A DNA stretch of 64,000 bases from the human T2T-CHM13v2.0 reference genome, Homo sapiens. Under the pieces are notes generated by a model, which saw only the letters and a program-made list of their open reading frames with translations, ran no database searches and had not been told where the DNA came from. The position numbers and the translations under genes were made by a program. Below are positions 32,644 through 49,250 of the stretch, in pieces. How positions within the stretch are numbered: position 1 is the stretch's first letter; every line of letters starts with the position of its first letter. The stretch is taken from NCBI RefSeq assembly GCF_009914755.1, contig NC_060947.1; one strand, 5' to 3'.

Positions 32644-33118
32644 CATTTTATTTATTTGTTTATTTTAAGATAGTATTTGTCATATTTATTTGCTCCATTT
32701 ATTCTAAAACAACCCTGGCTCCCTCCTTCATTCCCATCTAATCTACCCCAATCCTTTTTATTAATATTATTACTTAATTAATTGTTTATGTGAATGAGTT
32801 CTTTAGTGGTGATTTCTGAGATTTTGTTGCACCTATCACCTGAGCAGTGTACACTGTACCCAATGTGTAGTCTTTTATCCCTCACCTCCTTCTCACCTTT
32901 CCCAGAGTCCCCATTGTATCATTCTTATGATACAATGAGTCCATTGTATCATTCGTATGCCTTCGGATACTTGTAGCTTAGTTCCCACTTACGAGTAACA
33001 CACAATGTTTGGCTTTCCATTCCTGAGTTACTTCACTTAGAATAATGGTCTCCAATTCCATCCAGGTTGCTGCGAATGTCTTTATTTCATTCCTTTTTAC
33101 TGCTGAGTAGTATTCCAT

Positions 33119-33160
<42 letters not shown>

Positions 33161-33372
33161 ATATATACACACACACATATGTATATATACACATATCTCA
33201 CTTTTTTTAACCTACTTGTTGATTAATGGGCATTTGGGCTGGTTCCATATATTTGCAATTATAAATTGTGCTGCTGTAAACATGCGCGTGCAAGTATCTA
33301 TCATGTATAATGACTTCTTTTCCTCTGGGTAGATACCCAGGAGTGGGATTGCTGGATCAAATGGTAGATCTA
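32644..33372 (-). mobile_element. 5'-truncated L1PB with internal (TG)n
   Basis: 'ctttagtggtgatttctgagatttt...gagcagtgtacactgtacccaatgtgtagtc'; 16-bp TSD caaaagtaagatattt. Confidence 0.85.
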
Positions 33373-33732
33373 CAAAAGTAAGATATTTTAGCTGCAATCA
33401 GATATGACTACTTTCCACTTGGTGGTTTGCTGGTAAACCTTAAAAAAATAAAAAGCTCTGATTTGTACCACTTGCCAATTTCCAGGGTGTAAATATTCCC
33501 ACCATGACTGATTTCAAGCTACCAACAGTTTAACATGGAGATTACAAAATACTGGAATATTTAACAATCAGCTCTTGAGAACCTCCAACTGTCCCTCTGA
33601 TACACTTCGCTTCTTGCATAGTAGCAGTGAAATAGGCATAGGCATTTTGGGATTCCACTATGGGGAAATGGAGTTGATATTGCATTTAGTTTGGGCTTAT
33701 TTCTTCTATTTATGTGGGTCGAAGGCACTTAA

Positions 33733-34072
<340 letters not shown>

Positions 34073-34182
34073 GTTATTCATAGACTTCTTGGTGTAGGAA
34101 TAGCTTCCAGGAATATTTCTACCCCAGTGTGATGACTTACCAGGAGTTTTGAACTGAAAGTGTAGGGCCAGAAGACATATCA

Positions 34183-34898
<716 letters not shown>

Positions 34899-35789
34899 GT
34901 AGTGAAAGAGAAAAGAGGTTTGAAATGCCTAGAGTTATACCCGGGCATGTGGGAAGTAATCAGCTGTGAAATTGTTAAGGTAAGGATTTGGTTCTTATTA
35001 ATGACTAGCCAACATGGTTCTCTCCTGGTTGGAAAAAGCTTGATAATAAAACTATAAAACTTCCATCAGTTTTTAAAAGGGAAGTGTAGGAATAAATCTG
35101 TCGTAGTACTTTAAATAGGAAGTTATGTCTAAGTGTAAATTACTACATGTTATGTATCACAACATATGGATCACATAACATGATATTAAATGATTATGAA
35201 GCTGAAAGACATTTTCTAAACAATCAGAAATTAAGAAACAAGTATTGATCAACCATGCTAGAAGACAGATTGAATTATCTTTATATCCTCTTTGGAGAAA
35301 ATATTACAAAATTGTTGTCACATGAAGAAGGGATCAATAAGCATGTGGGCAATAATGTAGGAAAAAATACAAATGTGTGGCAGGCATTATTTAATAAAAA
35401 TGTTATACCTTTTTGGAAAGAGATAACATGAGATGTACACATTACAGCCATTGTATCATACACAAAAATTGAATACCCTTTTTGTTTTTCATAACATTGA
35501 AATTTTGGAGTTCACGTCAGGTGTTTTGTAGATTGTCCTACATTTTGAATACATCTGATTGTTTCTTCATGGTTAGATTCAGGTTAGACATTTTTTGCAA
35601 GAAGACCATATAGGCGAAGTTTTTCCTTTTTCATACGCATTACATCAGGAGGCATATGAGATCAGATGGCCATTTATTGGTAATGCTACTTCTGGTTATT
35701 TGGTTAAGACGGAGCATATATCTTTAAGTTGTTAATCACACAGCCACTGTATCCAGACTGCTGAGAAGCAAACTATCAGGCAAAATTCA

Positions 35790-36620
35790 GGGCGCGCAGC
35801 AGGAGGCAGTCGCTTTCCCGGCTCTGGGGAAAACGATCCAACCACGTCCACTCTCCTGCCCGCCCGCGCCTCCTTTCCGGGAAAATGGGCTCTGAGAACC
35901 AGAGCGCCCTTTCTCCCACGCGCCCAAATCTTTTCCCATCAGCATGCGTGCGCTTGCGCAGTCTCCAGGCGGCTCCTTTCCAGCGCCCGACCGCTTCTTT
36001 CTCCTGCTCTCCTCCGGCTTCCCCTCAGCTCTAGCTTTTCCCTAAGGGGTCATCACAGGGCGCCAAACGCGCGTCCGCGGGAAGGCCGGGGGCGGAGCGC
36101 GGCGCGGCGCGGCACGTCAGTGGCCTTCCGGCCGGAAGTCCGCAGCCTCCCGAGCCGCTGATTGGCTTTCAGGCTGGCGCCTGTCTCGGCCCCCGCGCCA
36201 GTTTTGGGCTGGTTGGCGCGGAATCGGGAGATTCGGGACCATGGCACCTGTGCACGGCGACGACTGTGAGATAGGGGCGAGTGGTGAGGGACAATTCCGC
36301 GCGCGGGGCTCCGGGTTGGGACAGTGGCATGATTGCCGGTGGTGGGGGTTCTGAGGGAGGCGCACACCCGGGTTTGTTTGGGCGCAGACCTTGGTCGTCC
36401 CCGGCGGGGGCCCTTCTGGCGTCGGACCGGGCTTCCTTTAGGCGCGGTTTGCTCTTGGAGGACCAGAGCCTGGAGGGATTTTTGTTTGGGAGGCTGTCTC
36501 ACCTCTGCCACTGAGAGTCTCCACAGTCGATTGCGTTTCTATTTCTTTTGGTGAGTTGCACCCACGTGCTGGGTATAACTTTATTGAGACTGGCCCCGTG
36601 GGGCCGAAAGTATTTCACTG
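35790..36620 (+). promoter_or_regulatory. POLA1: TATA-less CpG-island promoter of POLA1
   Basis: High CpG/GC. NRF1-like tgcgcttgcgca (35949), E2F-like ggcgccaaa (36059) and ttggcgcggaa (36213), GC box (36088), cacgtca (36113), palindromic ETS pair cttccggccggaag (36125-36138), inverted CCAAT (36161). Confidence 0.9.
36241..36283 (+). CDS. POLA1: POLA1 exon 1 (donors after 36265 or 36283)
   Basis: accATGG Kozak. MAPVHGDD|gtgaga or MAPVHGDDCEIGAS|gtgagg; both are phase 1. Confidence 0.95.
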
Positions 36621-37753
36621 CGATCTCCCTAAGTATCCACTTGAAGGCTTGAACAGAACAGATCTGTGTCCCTTTTTGTAGGAACTTCCAGGAAAATTTT
36701 ATACATTGTAACTAAGCAGGAAAGAAAGCTCTAAGTGCTGTCATCGGGGAATAACGCGTTTTGTATTTTTAGGTAATGGGTTTCTACTTTATGCATTAAC
36801 AATTTTTCTTTCAGATTCTTTGGAAAGTTCTTCAAGTGCTGCGTAGAAATCCTGTTCACAATCTAGTCATTCCTGGTGAAGTTTCAAAAAAATGGCATCA
36901 ATTTAGGGCATTTCGGATCCCCTGTATATCACTCCGTTTGTCAGGGGTGTCTTTTATTTCCAAAAATAGAATACAAAAATGCAAATAGATTTGTCTGATT
37001 TTTTAAGTGTTCAACTAAAGCGTGACTTCAGTTAACTTCTAACTTAAAATCAGATGCTTCACTTTGTTAGCTCAAGCGTCACCTCTCCTGTCATTCAGAT
37101 ACATCACCATTAATGAGAACTCGCTTCCTAATCAGCTTCCTTTGCATTCACCTAGTTGTGAGTCACAGATTTCAATTTGTTCTAGCCGTTCGTTTTTTAA
37201 GACTATTTTGGAGAGTCGACCTGCCTGGATTACAGATAGGATGTTGGGTGTAAGTATGTGAACGAACAGTCTTTGCAGGCCTCTATCAGTGATTTGCCAC
37301 TAAGCCCTTTCTTCATCCTAAAAACTACGTCATCTATGAACATCAGGAAATCACTTTGGAGGATACTGTGCAATCTTGAGACTCCTCTTAGGTCATGGTG
37401 TTCATTAAGTAGTTGCTGGGGACTTGTGACTGGAATTTTTCCTTTAGAGCAGACTGAAGGATTGTTACCTGAAAGACTGCTGTAAGCTAGTGTCTGTCTG
37501 CTTTTGGGGAGGATAGAGATACTCCAGATGGTAATTTTGAAACAAATATTTAAACCTTTGTAGCTGGATTTTTTTCATGCTTATTCTTTTTTTGCTAAGT
37601 TACCTACGTGAAGCATTGGAGACATACTCCAAAAAACAAAATGTAGGCTTTTTTTTTTCTTCAGTATTAGCAGGCAGGGCACCTTGATAATGGCAGTGAA
37701 AAGTTGAAAGGTCTGTAACTAGCTGTTACTATATATGAAAAAAGATCAGGGAA

Positions 37754-38066
<313 letters not shown>

Positions 38067-39469
38067 TAATGATCAAAAAAGCAGGTACAGTGGTTCATTC
38101 ATTGGTTCATTCAGCAAATATTTATTATATACCTACTAGGTATAAGCCTTCTGCCAGGCTCTGGCATTATGATGGTGGGTAGGCTGGACATGGTTTGTCT
38201 TCATGAAGTACAGATGGTAAACATCTAATCATATGCAGAAAACGGCTTTGCTTTGTTTTTGCCTTCTAAAGCTAGACCTTGGTACTCTTAGGTATGGTGT
38301 GTGTGGGGTATGTGGATGTGTGTTTGACTTCACACGCGGAAGCGTTACATGAGCCGCTCCTATATTGCTAAGTGCAAAGTAAGATAGGCATCTTCATGTA
38401 ATCCTTAACAGATTTTGAAGCAGACATGATTATCCCCATTTCACAGATGTGGACCCTGAGGCTCTGCATCAGTCAGAGCCCCTATCTGTAAGCTGCAGGA
38501 ACCAACTCTACCAGATTGGTTAGAATTTGTTAGAAGAATATTGTGTTCACAGAAACTCCAGGAGGACTAGTAAGCCAGTCTGGGAGCTGTTTAGCCAGGA
38601 ACAGTGAGTGAAATTGTGCCACAAAAATGGGCCAGTGAGGAGGTCATTGCCAACCACGAGCAAGTACTTGATGCTATAGCTCATACCTTAGGACATTGCT
38701 GACATTGTTGCCGGTTTTGTAATCCTTCTGCAGCTGTTGCTACTTGTAGAATCTTTTAAAACCCATGCCCCCTTCCTTGTGACACTAGCTTCTGATTTAA
38801 TGTCTGAGCAGGTGTTCCTAATCGGTAGCGCCTATTTTATATGCCCATGCTCTAGGCTGCAAGGGTGTCTGGGAAAGAGCATCAACCTTTTCAGCTTCTG
38901 TAATGGGGCATAGGCTCTGCGTCTCATCAAGACTTATAAGGGATGGGGGCCGGATTTCACAAACAGTTTCAGATGCTAGGCTGCTTTAAATAACAAGACA
39001 CCTGTCTGCTGCTTAACTGGTTAACCGGTGTTCTCATGTCACCCAGTAAATGGCAGAGCTGGAATGTGCTGCTTCTCCCTAACCTGGTTCTCCTACTCAC
39101 TCTACACTCCCTTGTCGAATTTACCTTGCACACTGAGTTCTCTCAGTTTCTGAATACACTATGCATTTTCATCCCTTTGTAATTTGGCTCATGCCTCTTC
39201 TTTTGCTTGTGCCACTTTTTACTTTGTTCTCTGTGAAATTTGACTCCTTTTTCTAGGCCTGTATTGGAAACCTCTCCTGTGAAGCCTTCCTTGATTTTCC
39301 AGGCAAAATTAACAGCTCTCTCCTCTGTACATTTCCTCAGTACTGAGTTCTTACCTTTTCTATGGCACCATGTTTATATTGTGATGGTAATTTCAGGTAC
39401 TTTGCTTTACTTGACTGGGGGCCTCTTTTGGACAGGCAGCTCTGTCTTATTTGTGATTGTACCCTAAAC

Positions 39470-39557
39470 CCTGTGTAGTGGAACATTGTTGCCTGTGTAG
39501 TGGGACGTTGCCTGTGTAGTGGAACATTGTTGCCTGTGTAGTGGAACATTGTTGCCT
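39470..39557. repeat. 22-bp minisatellite, 4 copies
   Basis: cctgtgtagtggaacattgttg x3 plus one 19-nt variant. Confidence 0.92.
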
Positions 39558-40220
39558 ATGGAGTAAGTGCATTTGAAGACCTACAGATGTCAGGCATCAA
39601 GGGAGTCTTGAGGGGAATCGCTTTTCACTTTCAGGGGTCATGTTCAGTAATCTTCAAAGCCTTTTCATGTAGGCCTGTTCACGATTTTTGAAATCATTTG
39701 AGTGACATCCAAGTTTTTGTGGCTGTCATCATTAAGTACCTTTATTCCTTAATTTTTACTTAATGTCTTTCTGAAAATGGATTTAAAAGTCAAATGTGAA
39801 AGTCAAACAATAGAGTGTGATATTATAAAGAGAGATTCCATTTCTAGAAAGCTAGAAAAAAATAAGATCTCTAATTATGCCTTACCTTTAGGCTATAGTT
39901 TCCAGCAGTTTATTGCCAGCATTTGGTACATGTTCTTTAAATTGTATCTTCTATTTCAGTCAAACACTTAGTCAAGCAGCTTAATGTTGTTATGAACATT
40001 CTAGTGGGGTTGGAGTTTTAGGCTGCCTCTTATCCATACTTCTTTTCTTTGCCTGCTCCTTTTTATAAATTAATTAGCACCAAACACAGTAAAATACTAG
40101 ATTTCACAGACATAGATGGCAATCATGCTGAGCCTAAACTCGTAGTTGACAGGCAGCACTGTTATGCTTGACTTAGTTTTTCATCAGTGGGTATGTGAAA
40201 GTCTTTAATTCTGTGGATGA

Positions 40221-40520
<300 letters not shown>

Positions 40521-40865
40521 GAATTTTTTTCAGTGTGTGTGTGGAACGGTCAGTTTATGATGATCGGAGCATGAATAATTCAAAAGTTGAATGAATAAAC
40601 GCTGAAGTCCTCTGATATTTCAGTAATTTTTGACAAACCATTTAAGTCCCTGTAGTTGTTTTAGTAATGTCCTGTGTCATAACCAACTGAGGCCTTGAAA
40701 TAAGTGATATACCAATAATCCCCTCAGAGCCATCTTTGTTAAATTTCTCCAGCCCTCAATCTGTTCCTTCTTTGAATTTCCGGGTGCTTTGGCTGAATCT
40801 CTTTTAAGGCATTTATTATCTCTAAATATTGTTTAGAGCCAGTTGCTACTTGTCTCCCATGTTAG

Positions 40866-41253
<388 letters not shown>

Positions 41254-41684
41254 TAGTACTTTGCAAAGAGTAGATGCTCCTTGAAGCCTTTTAGATATTG
41301 ATTGACAGATTGCAAAATGAATAGTGCTTTTATAACCCACTGGATTACTTCTGGCTGGTCATTTCTAATGGAAAGGTGATAAATTAGCTAACAGCTGATC
41401 TCCCTTGTTTAGTGTCTCCGCAGGATATCAGTTGAATTGGGAATTTTCCTCTTTTTAGAGAAAAAAATAACAGTGACTTTAATTGTTTTAACAGGATCTT
41501 GGAGGAACTTTCTGGCGAGTCATGTATATTTGGATATGTATGTTTGGCCATGAGCTTTGTGAATTATTTACATTATAAACATTATCTACTTGTATATTAC
41601 TAAAATTGTATGTTATTGTTGGCTAGAAACTTTTCCTTTGTGTTTGAGGGAAGATGGCTGACAATTTTGTAACATCTGTTGTAA

Positions 41685-41870
<186 letters not shown>

Positions 41871-42776
41871 TAATTCATAGCCTGCAGGTAGTCTTATGTC
41901 ACCTTTGCCCCAGATTAGAAATACTCATATATTTTAAACTTTTTGTAATGGGAATTTATTAGTATTGGACAAGCATGGGTATGAGGTAGATTTACAGATC
42001 ATGGAGAATGTTCGACCCTTAAAGTTCCTATAAGGTATTTTAAAGATGATTTTAAAATTCCAAAATGAAAGTACATAGTCATATCTATATTTTTCCTTAT
42101 TGAGCATGCTGTATCTATGGTAAGTCCCATGGGTTTGTTGGGGTCATTTAGAGATGCTTTTACTTACTCTTAAGGTATTGAGCAGTCTAAGTGCTACTTC
42201 TTGGAGAGAACTGTTCTTCCTAATCTCATTTGCAAGGGTAGTGGCAGTGGAGACTTGGACCTTAACTTCTGCCGTGTTCTGCTTGTAAGATTGAATGTGA
42301 TGCTCTTTTGGTTTTCCTCTACCCACTGTTTATGGCCTGCAGGTCAAAAACAGAGTGGCCACCATCTGCATAAATATTGTCTAGCATCACCTTCAGGGCT
42401 TCCTGAGTATCTTAATTGCCTTATGGCCAGAAAGTGATTAACCAATACTAGAAAATAACAACCATAACTGATAGACTTTTTGAACTAACATATTATTCTA
42501 AGTGTGTTTACCAATGTGTTTATTCATTTAATCTTTTCAATAACCAAATGAAATTAGATACTATGATTAATAACATTTTGCAGGTGAGATATCCGAGGCA
42601 CAGAAAGTTTAGTGAGGTTACAATGGCAGATTCTTTTTTGAACCCAGACAGTCTGGCTTCAGAATATTTCTGTTTAACCAGTTAACCAAATAAAAGAATA
42701 TTTGCCATTTGTCACCATTTGTTCAAGTTAAGTGAGGCAACCAGATCATAAAAGGTTGCTAAAAGGATTTCAGTAA

Positions 42777-43109
<333 letters not shown>

Positions 43110-43708
43110 TAGGTACTTGTATAAAGGAGTTCCATGGGGCATTTCAGATGTTGGCACAATGTGGCTGATTTCCCTTTAACACTGTGATGTTAATTGTATG
43201 GCTCTAAGAGTTCATGCTGAGCAGTAGTAATGTTGTTTTTAAAGATTGAGTCGAAATGACTTTTTACTCAAAATGATTTTTAAAAATAGTTTTCTGGTAT
43301 CTCCTTGATAATATAGTGAATCACTTAAGTAAGAGACAAAGTCTGTCTTCAACCAACAAAAATAATAACGCCAGTTCCCCTCCCACCCCCAAAAAAGAAA
43401 GTTGGTCAGTATAGTAATATTAATTGGACTATTTTGCATCTCTTTTGTTAAAAGCTTAATTTGGTAAGGCAGGTTGTTTCTGTTACTAGATGGTTAAAGA
43501 CCAAATCAGTATTTGCCAGTGATTCCTGTAGAGTAGGCTAAAAAGGAGGTGAAAACTCAAATCCCGTAATTATTATAAGCCTTATAGGTGTGGCAGAAAT
43601 CCAGTCAGCTCTGGCCACTGGATTCCAAAAGCTCTGTCCAAGTTTTTTCCTAGGGTATTAACTCTTCAGATGGAGTTGTTTCTCCCGTACTCCATTTGAG
43701 AAAGGTAG

Positions 43709-44672
<964 letters not shown>

Positions 44673-45529
44673 TGAGATTTTGCAAACCAGCCCACCAGAG
44701 TCTCATCTGGAAAGTCACTGGCCTTTCCCCATGGGCAGCTGCAGCAGTGGTGTGTATCTTTCATTTGTTGCTTTAGCTGTGCAGAGGTTGTCTGCTTTAC
44801 TCATACCAGTAGCTCATAGTGTTCTGACCCTCTTGCAGTCAGGCAGCCAATATGATTGGAGGACCTGCCACTCTCTGGACTTGCCTTTCAAATAGCTCAG
44901 CGTTTAAGTCCTTGTGTGGTTTCAAGACCTGAGGATGGTGGAGTTTCAGTGGTAATACAAACAGGGTCACTCAAAAACTATTTCTGGTTTGCCTGTAGAA
45001 TATGCAATATGTTTGTTTTGCTAATTTTTGGAAGGGGATGGATGAGGGAGATTTTCCTTCTGAATTGTATTTGGTTGATTGAACAGGCATGAAAATTATC
45101 GTCTATTTGCAGAGCGTACATCAGCTAGTGGAGAGGGAAGTGGCATGCCTTACAGGTTTGCTAAGTGTAGGAGAAACCAGTCTAGAAATTACAAGTGAAT
45201 AATTCCCCAAAGCAGCTAATGAAGAATTGGCTATAATTCAGTTTGTTTTTTATGAAATAGATGAGTAATTGATGGTATGACAAGTGTATTATGCTAATGG
45301 AATCATTTAATATCTTATGTTAACACCCACCTAAAAGGAATACTAAGTTAATTGATGTCTATTTAAGGAAAACCCTGTAGTGGTGTTGAATGTCAGAACT
45401 CATGATTTGGTTGCAGCTACTCCTTCAGTCTGCCATTCCAGTTTCAATTTGACAATTTTTTCATCAGAATTATTTAACACTTTGACTCCTCTATTTGAAG
45501 CTTTTTTCCTGAAACTTGTATAATGGTAG

Positions 45530-45626
45530 GTCGAGGACTTCACAGGTGTTTATGAAGAAGTTGATGAAGAACAGTATTCGAAGCTGGTTCAGGCACGCCA
45601 GGATGATGACTGGATTGTGGATGATG
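45530..45626 (+). CDS. POLA1: POLA1 exon 3
   Basis: tag|[32 protein letters not shown]|gtaggt; 97 nt; part of the acidic N-terminal histone-binding region. Confidence 0.97.
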
Positions 45627-45924
45627 GTAGGTGGGGCGGAGGTGGGGGCGGGGATGTTGCTTCCTAGGCACTGTGTTAGTTGCTTCTTGTAGATTCTCAC
45701 TCATGTGGTGGAGTTGCTGCTTTGCCTGGGCAAATGTAAGGCACTGTTAGGATCTTACCTTTGGTTTGGATTTTCCTTTAATTATTTGAGGATGAGGAAG
45801 CAGAATAGCAGGACATTTATTTGGGGATATTTTGGAGAATCTAGGCACATACCTCAGGATGTAGTATAAATCCTCCAGGTAATGGCTGTGTAAGAATTGG
45901 GAGGAGCCCCTTGTCTGTGGGGCC

Positions 45925-46135
45925 AATGCACAGCGCTTGGAATTAAGGAATGCAGGTTCGGGATCCATCATTCCTACTTTCCAATTCTATGACCTTGGAC
46001 AAGTCACTTAATCTCTCTGCGCCTTAGAGTCTTCATCTGTAATATGGGGATGAGAAAACTACCTTCTCCCAGAGTTGTGAGGTGTATATGAGGTTCTAGG
46101 TATGAAAATTAACTTGGTCAGTAGAAAGCACCATA
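45925..46135 (+). mobile_element. MIR
   Basis: 'tgaccttggacaagtcacttaatctctctgcgccttag...catctgtaa'. Confidence 0.75.
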
Positions 46136-46588
46136 CAAAGGCTGGTCCTAATGTCCTGTGCCCCTTCTGAAAGCTCATTGGTTCTCACTTGTAGGGTCTG
46201 ACTTCATGGCCATGTGAATGCTGACCACAGGGAGCATGTAGATTGTGCCTGTGACTATTTATGTTTCTACTTGTGTAGTTGGATTCAGCTATATTGCCAG
46301 TTTTCCCTTGTAGACTGGGATATCTCTCTGGGCTTGTGGTAATCTTGATTCTTTTACTTTTTATTCTTCTGGTAGAGTAAAACTGCTATAAAGCATCCTA
46401 TTGTGGCAGACTTTGATCCTTTGGGCCAAATCGTTTCCTGAGGTCACCTGACTAGGTATAATATATATCATTTGGTTTTGACTCCACACCTGCTGTGTGG
46501 ATGCTGTGCATTGTCTGACACCTGTGTGAACAGAATTCTGCTGCACTTAAAAATAGCACAGGCCAGGAAAACATCTGAGCAGGTATAA

Positions 46589-46780
<192 letters not shown>

Positions 46781-47347
46781 TGAGATTTAAAGAATTCTCT
46801 AAAATTAGAGATGACTTGATACTCTGATAGTTTACCTTTGAGAGAAGGACCTAACTACCATTGTTTTTAGATACGGAATATGTTCTAAGATGAAGAGAAG
46901 TATGGTTTTGTGGAAAATTAAACATAAAAAGCAGAAACAACATCAGGAAATGAAGTTTCATGTCTCTGTTATTCAAGTAGTGTGGTCTTTACTTATTTTG
47001 AAGTTTTCAATCCCGTGGTCATTTAAAACTTGCTGATTTTGAGGGCTGCAACAGTAATTGATCTTTTTTAATTCCTACTGAAGTTATATACTTAGAATTT
47101 TAGCTCTTTGCTAATTGTATAGCACAATAACAAGGTTTAGAACTAGAGTAATCAGCTTGCTTTGTCTAATTGAAATTTAAAATAATATGGTGAATGTGTC
47201 AGATTGTCTTAGCTGTACAATCATTGGCAATTTTTTTTTGAGTAAACAATCCTGATTTAGTTCCTGTAAAATGGGAATGGAAAATTCTCTTCAGTATTTT
47301 TTTTTGTTTAGTTTGTTAATTAGTTTTCTACTACTGAGTGGTAGATT

Positions 47348-47680
47348 GGGGTCAGCAAACTATGGCCCTCTCACAACCAGTTTTTGACAAAAAGTTTTAT
47401 TGAGATACAGTTCACATACCATACAATTCACATATTTAAAGTATACAATTCAGTGGCTTTTAATATAGTCACAGAGTTGTGCAGCCATCACCACAATCAA
47501 TTTTAGAACATTTTTGTTACCCCAAATGGAAATCTTGCCTGTTTTTGTGTGGCTCTCGAGCTAAGAATAGTTTTTATGTTTTTAAGCGGTATTTTAAAAA
47601 TAAAAAATGCAAAGAATATGTAACAAAAGAATATGTGACCAAAAGCCTAACATCTGTGCTGTCTTGCCCTTTACTGTCTG
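47348..47680. mobile_element. MER58-like element interrupted by an L1M 3' end
   Basis: 'ggggtcagcaaactatggccc' ... 'gagctaagaatagttttta'; L1 text 'ttcacataccatacaattcacatatttaaagt' at 47380-47530. Confidence 0.6.
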
Positions 47681-47739
47681 GATCCTCATTTGCAGAATAA
47701 TATTTTGCACCATTAGTTTTCTCTCTCCTTCCAACCACA

Positions 47740-49250
47740 TACACAGAGACTTTTTGCTCAGTGAACTTTTAGAACTTCAGCAGTGACCTCCTAAGAATAA
47801 GGATACCTGACTACTTAACCACAATAACATTATCATGATATTATCTAATATATTGTCTGTATTAAAAGTTTCCCAATTAGCCCAATAGTATCTTTTAAAG
47901 CTATTTTAAATGCAGACTCCATTTTTGTTTTCATGTCTCTTTAGTCTTTTTTAGTGTAGAACAGCAACACCTCCCCCCCTCCCCTGCCCCTGGCCTCTTT
48001 TTGTCTTTCATGACATTGATTTTTAAAGGGACCAGGCTGTTTGTTTTGTTGAATGTCCCACAATCTGAGTTTTGCCCAACTACTTTGTTGTGCTTAGATT
48101 TGGGTTAAATATTTTGGCAACAATAAATAAATAGTTATAAATAAATGCTTTGTCAAGACCTACAATATAAAGTCTGTCCTTCCCATATCAGGGGCATATG
48201 ACGTCACTTGTACCATTATTGTTGATACTAAGTTTGATCTTTTGGTTAAGATGATATTTGTCAGATTTCTTCCTTGTAAAGCTACTTTCCTCCCTTTTGT
48301 AATTAATGCAAAATAGGGGGTGATAATTTGAGACCATGTGTATATCCCATTTCCCCATGAATTGTTACCCAGTGCTTTTAGCATCTATTGTTGATCCTTT
48401 CTCTTCTTTTAAAAATTAATGCTTCAGACTCATGTATTTCTAAAAGATTTACTGTTCTAATTCAGTAGCCATTATTATCATTTTTCCTTTTTATGTTCAA
48501 ATTATCTCAGATTTGGCTGGTGAGAGCCCCTTTAAGCCACCTCCTATGTTCTTTTGACATGGCTCCATCAGTCTTTGAGGATTTCCTTGCTTTCTGGGCC
48601 AAGAGGATAAGATGTTCCAGGTTTAGCTTGCATTCTTCCTGCCCTGGACCTGGAACCAACCATTTCTCCCAAGAATCCTGGTTCCTTTTAGTGGGGAATG
48701 GTATCCAGATATGGGAGATGGATGTACTCATTGCTATTGGGGTGTAACGGCTTCTAGGCCCTTTCAGTGAACAGAACAAGGAAATTATATATGTCATGAG
48801 TTCATACAGATATATTTGATTGGTTGAAATCCAACATCACTGGGTTCTTTATCTTCCCAATTCTATATTTGTATCTGCCTTCACCCTCAATGAAAACCCT
48901 TGTCTTCTAAAATACACACAAAATAATGTCAGAATCACTAAATCAATATCTGTACTAACAACCTTTCTAAGTAAAATTTATGATTTCTCTACAGTTTTAT
49001 TTGTTCTTGTTATATATCCTAAGGGTCTATAGTCAGAGTATTGTGTTCAGAAGCTATATAAAGTAATTTTTTGTGTGTTTTGTATTGATTTACTATGTAG
49101 GTTCATTTTTTGTTTGTATTCAAATTTCAGTTTTAAAACCTTTTAATTTTACTTCTGAATATTGTAAAACATATGATTTAAAAATGAAAATCAGTAACTT
49201 TTTTATTAGTTTCTGGTTTATTACAAAAAAATAAGCATATGTATTTTTTT
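47740..49250 (-). mobile_element. Ancient L1MC/ME 3' region
   Basis: Degenerate L1M text 'aaccatttctcccaagaatcctggttcctttta'. Confidence 0.55.

Noticed and set aside
36053-36554. ORFs over the promoter, including 152 aa on the minus strand
   Set aside because: Expected in a CpG island; low-complexity Arg/Pro composition with no recognisable domain.
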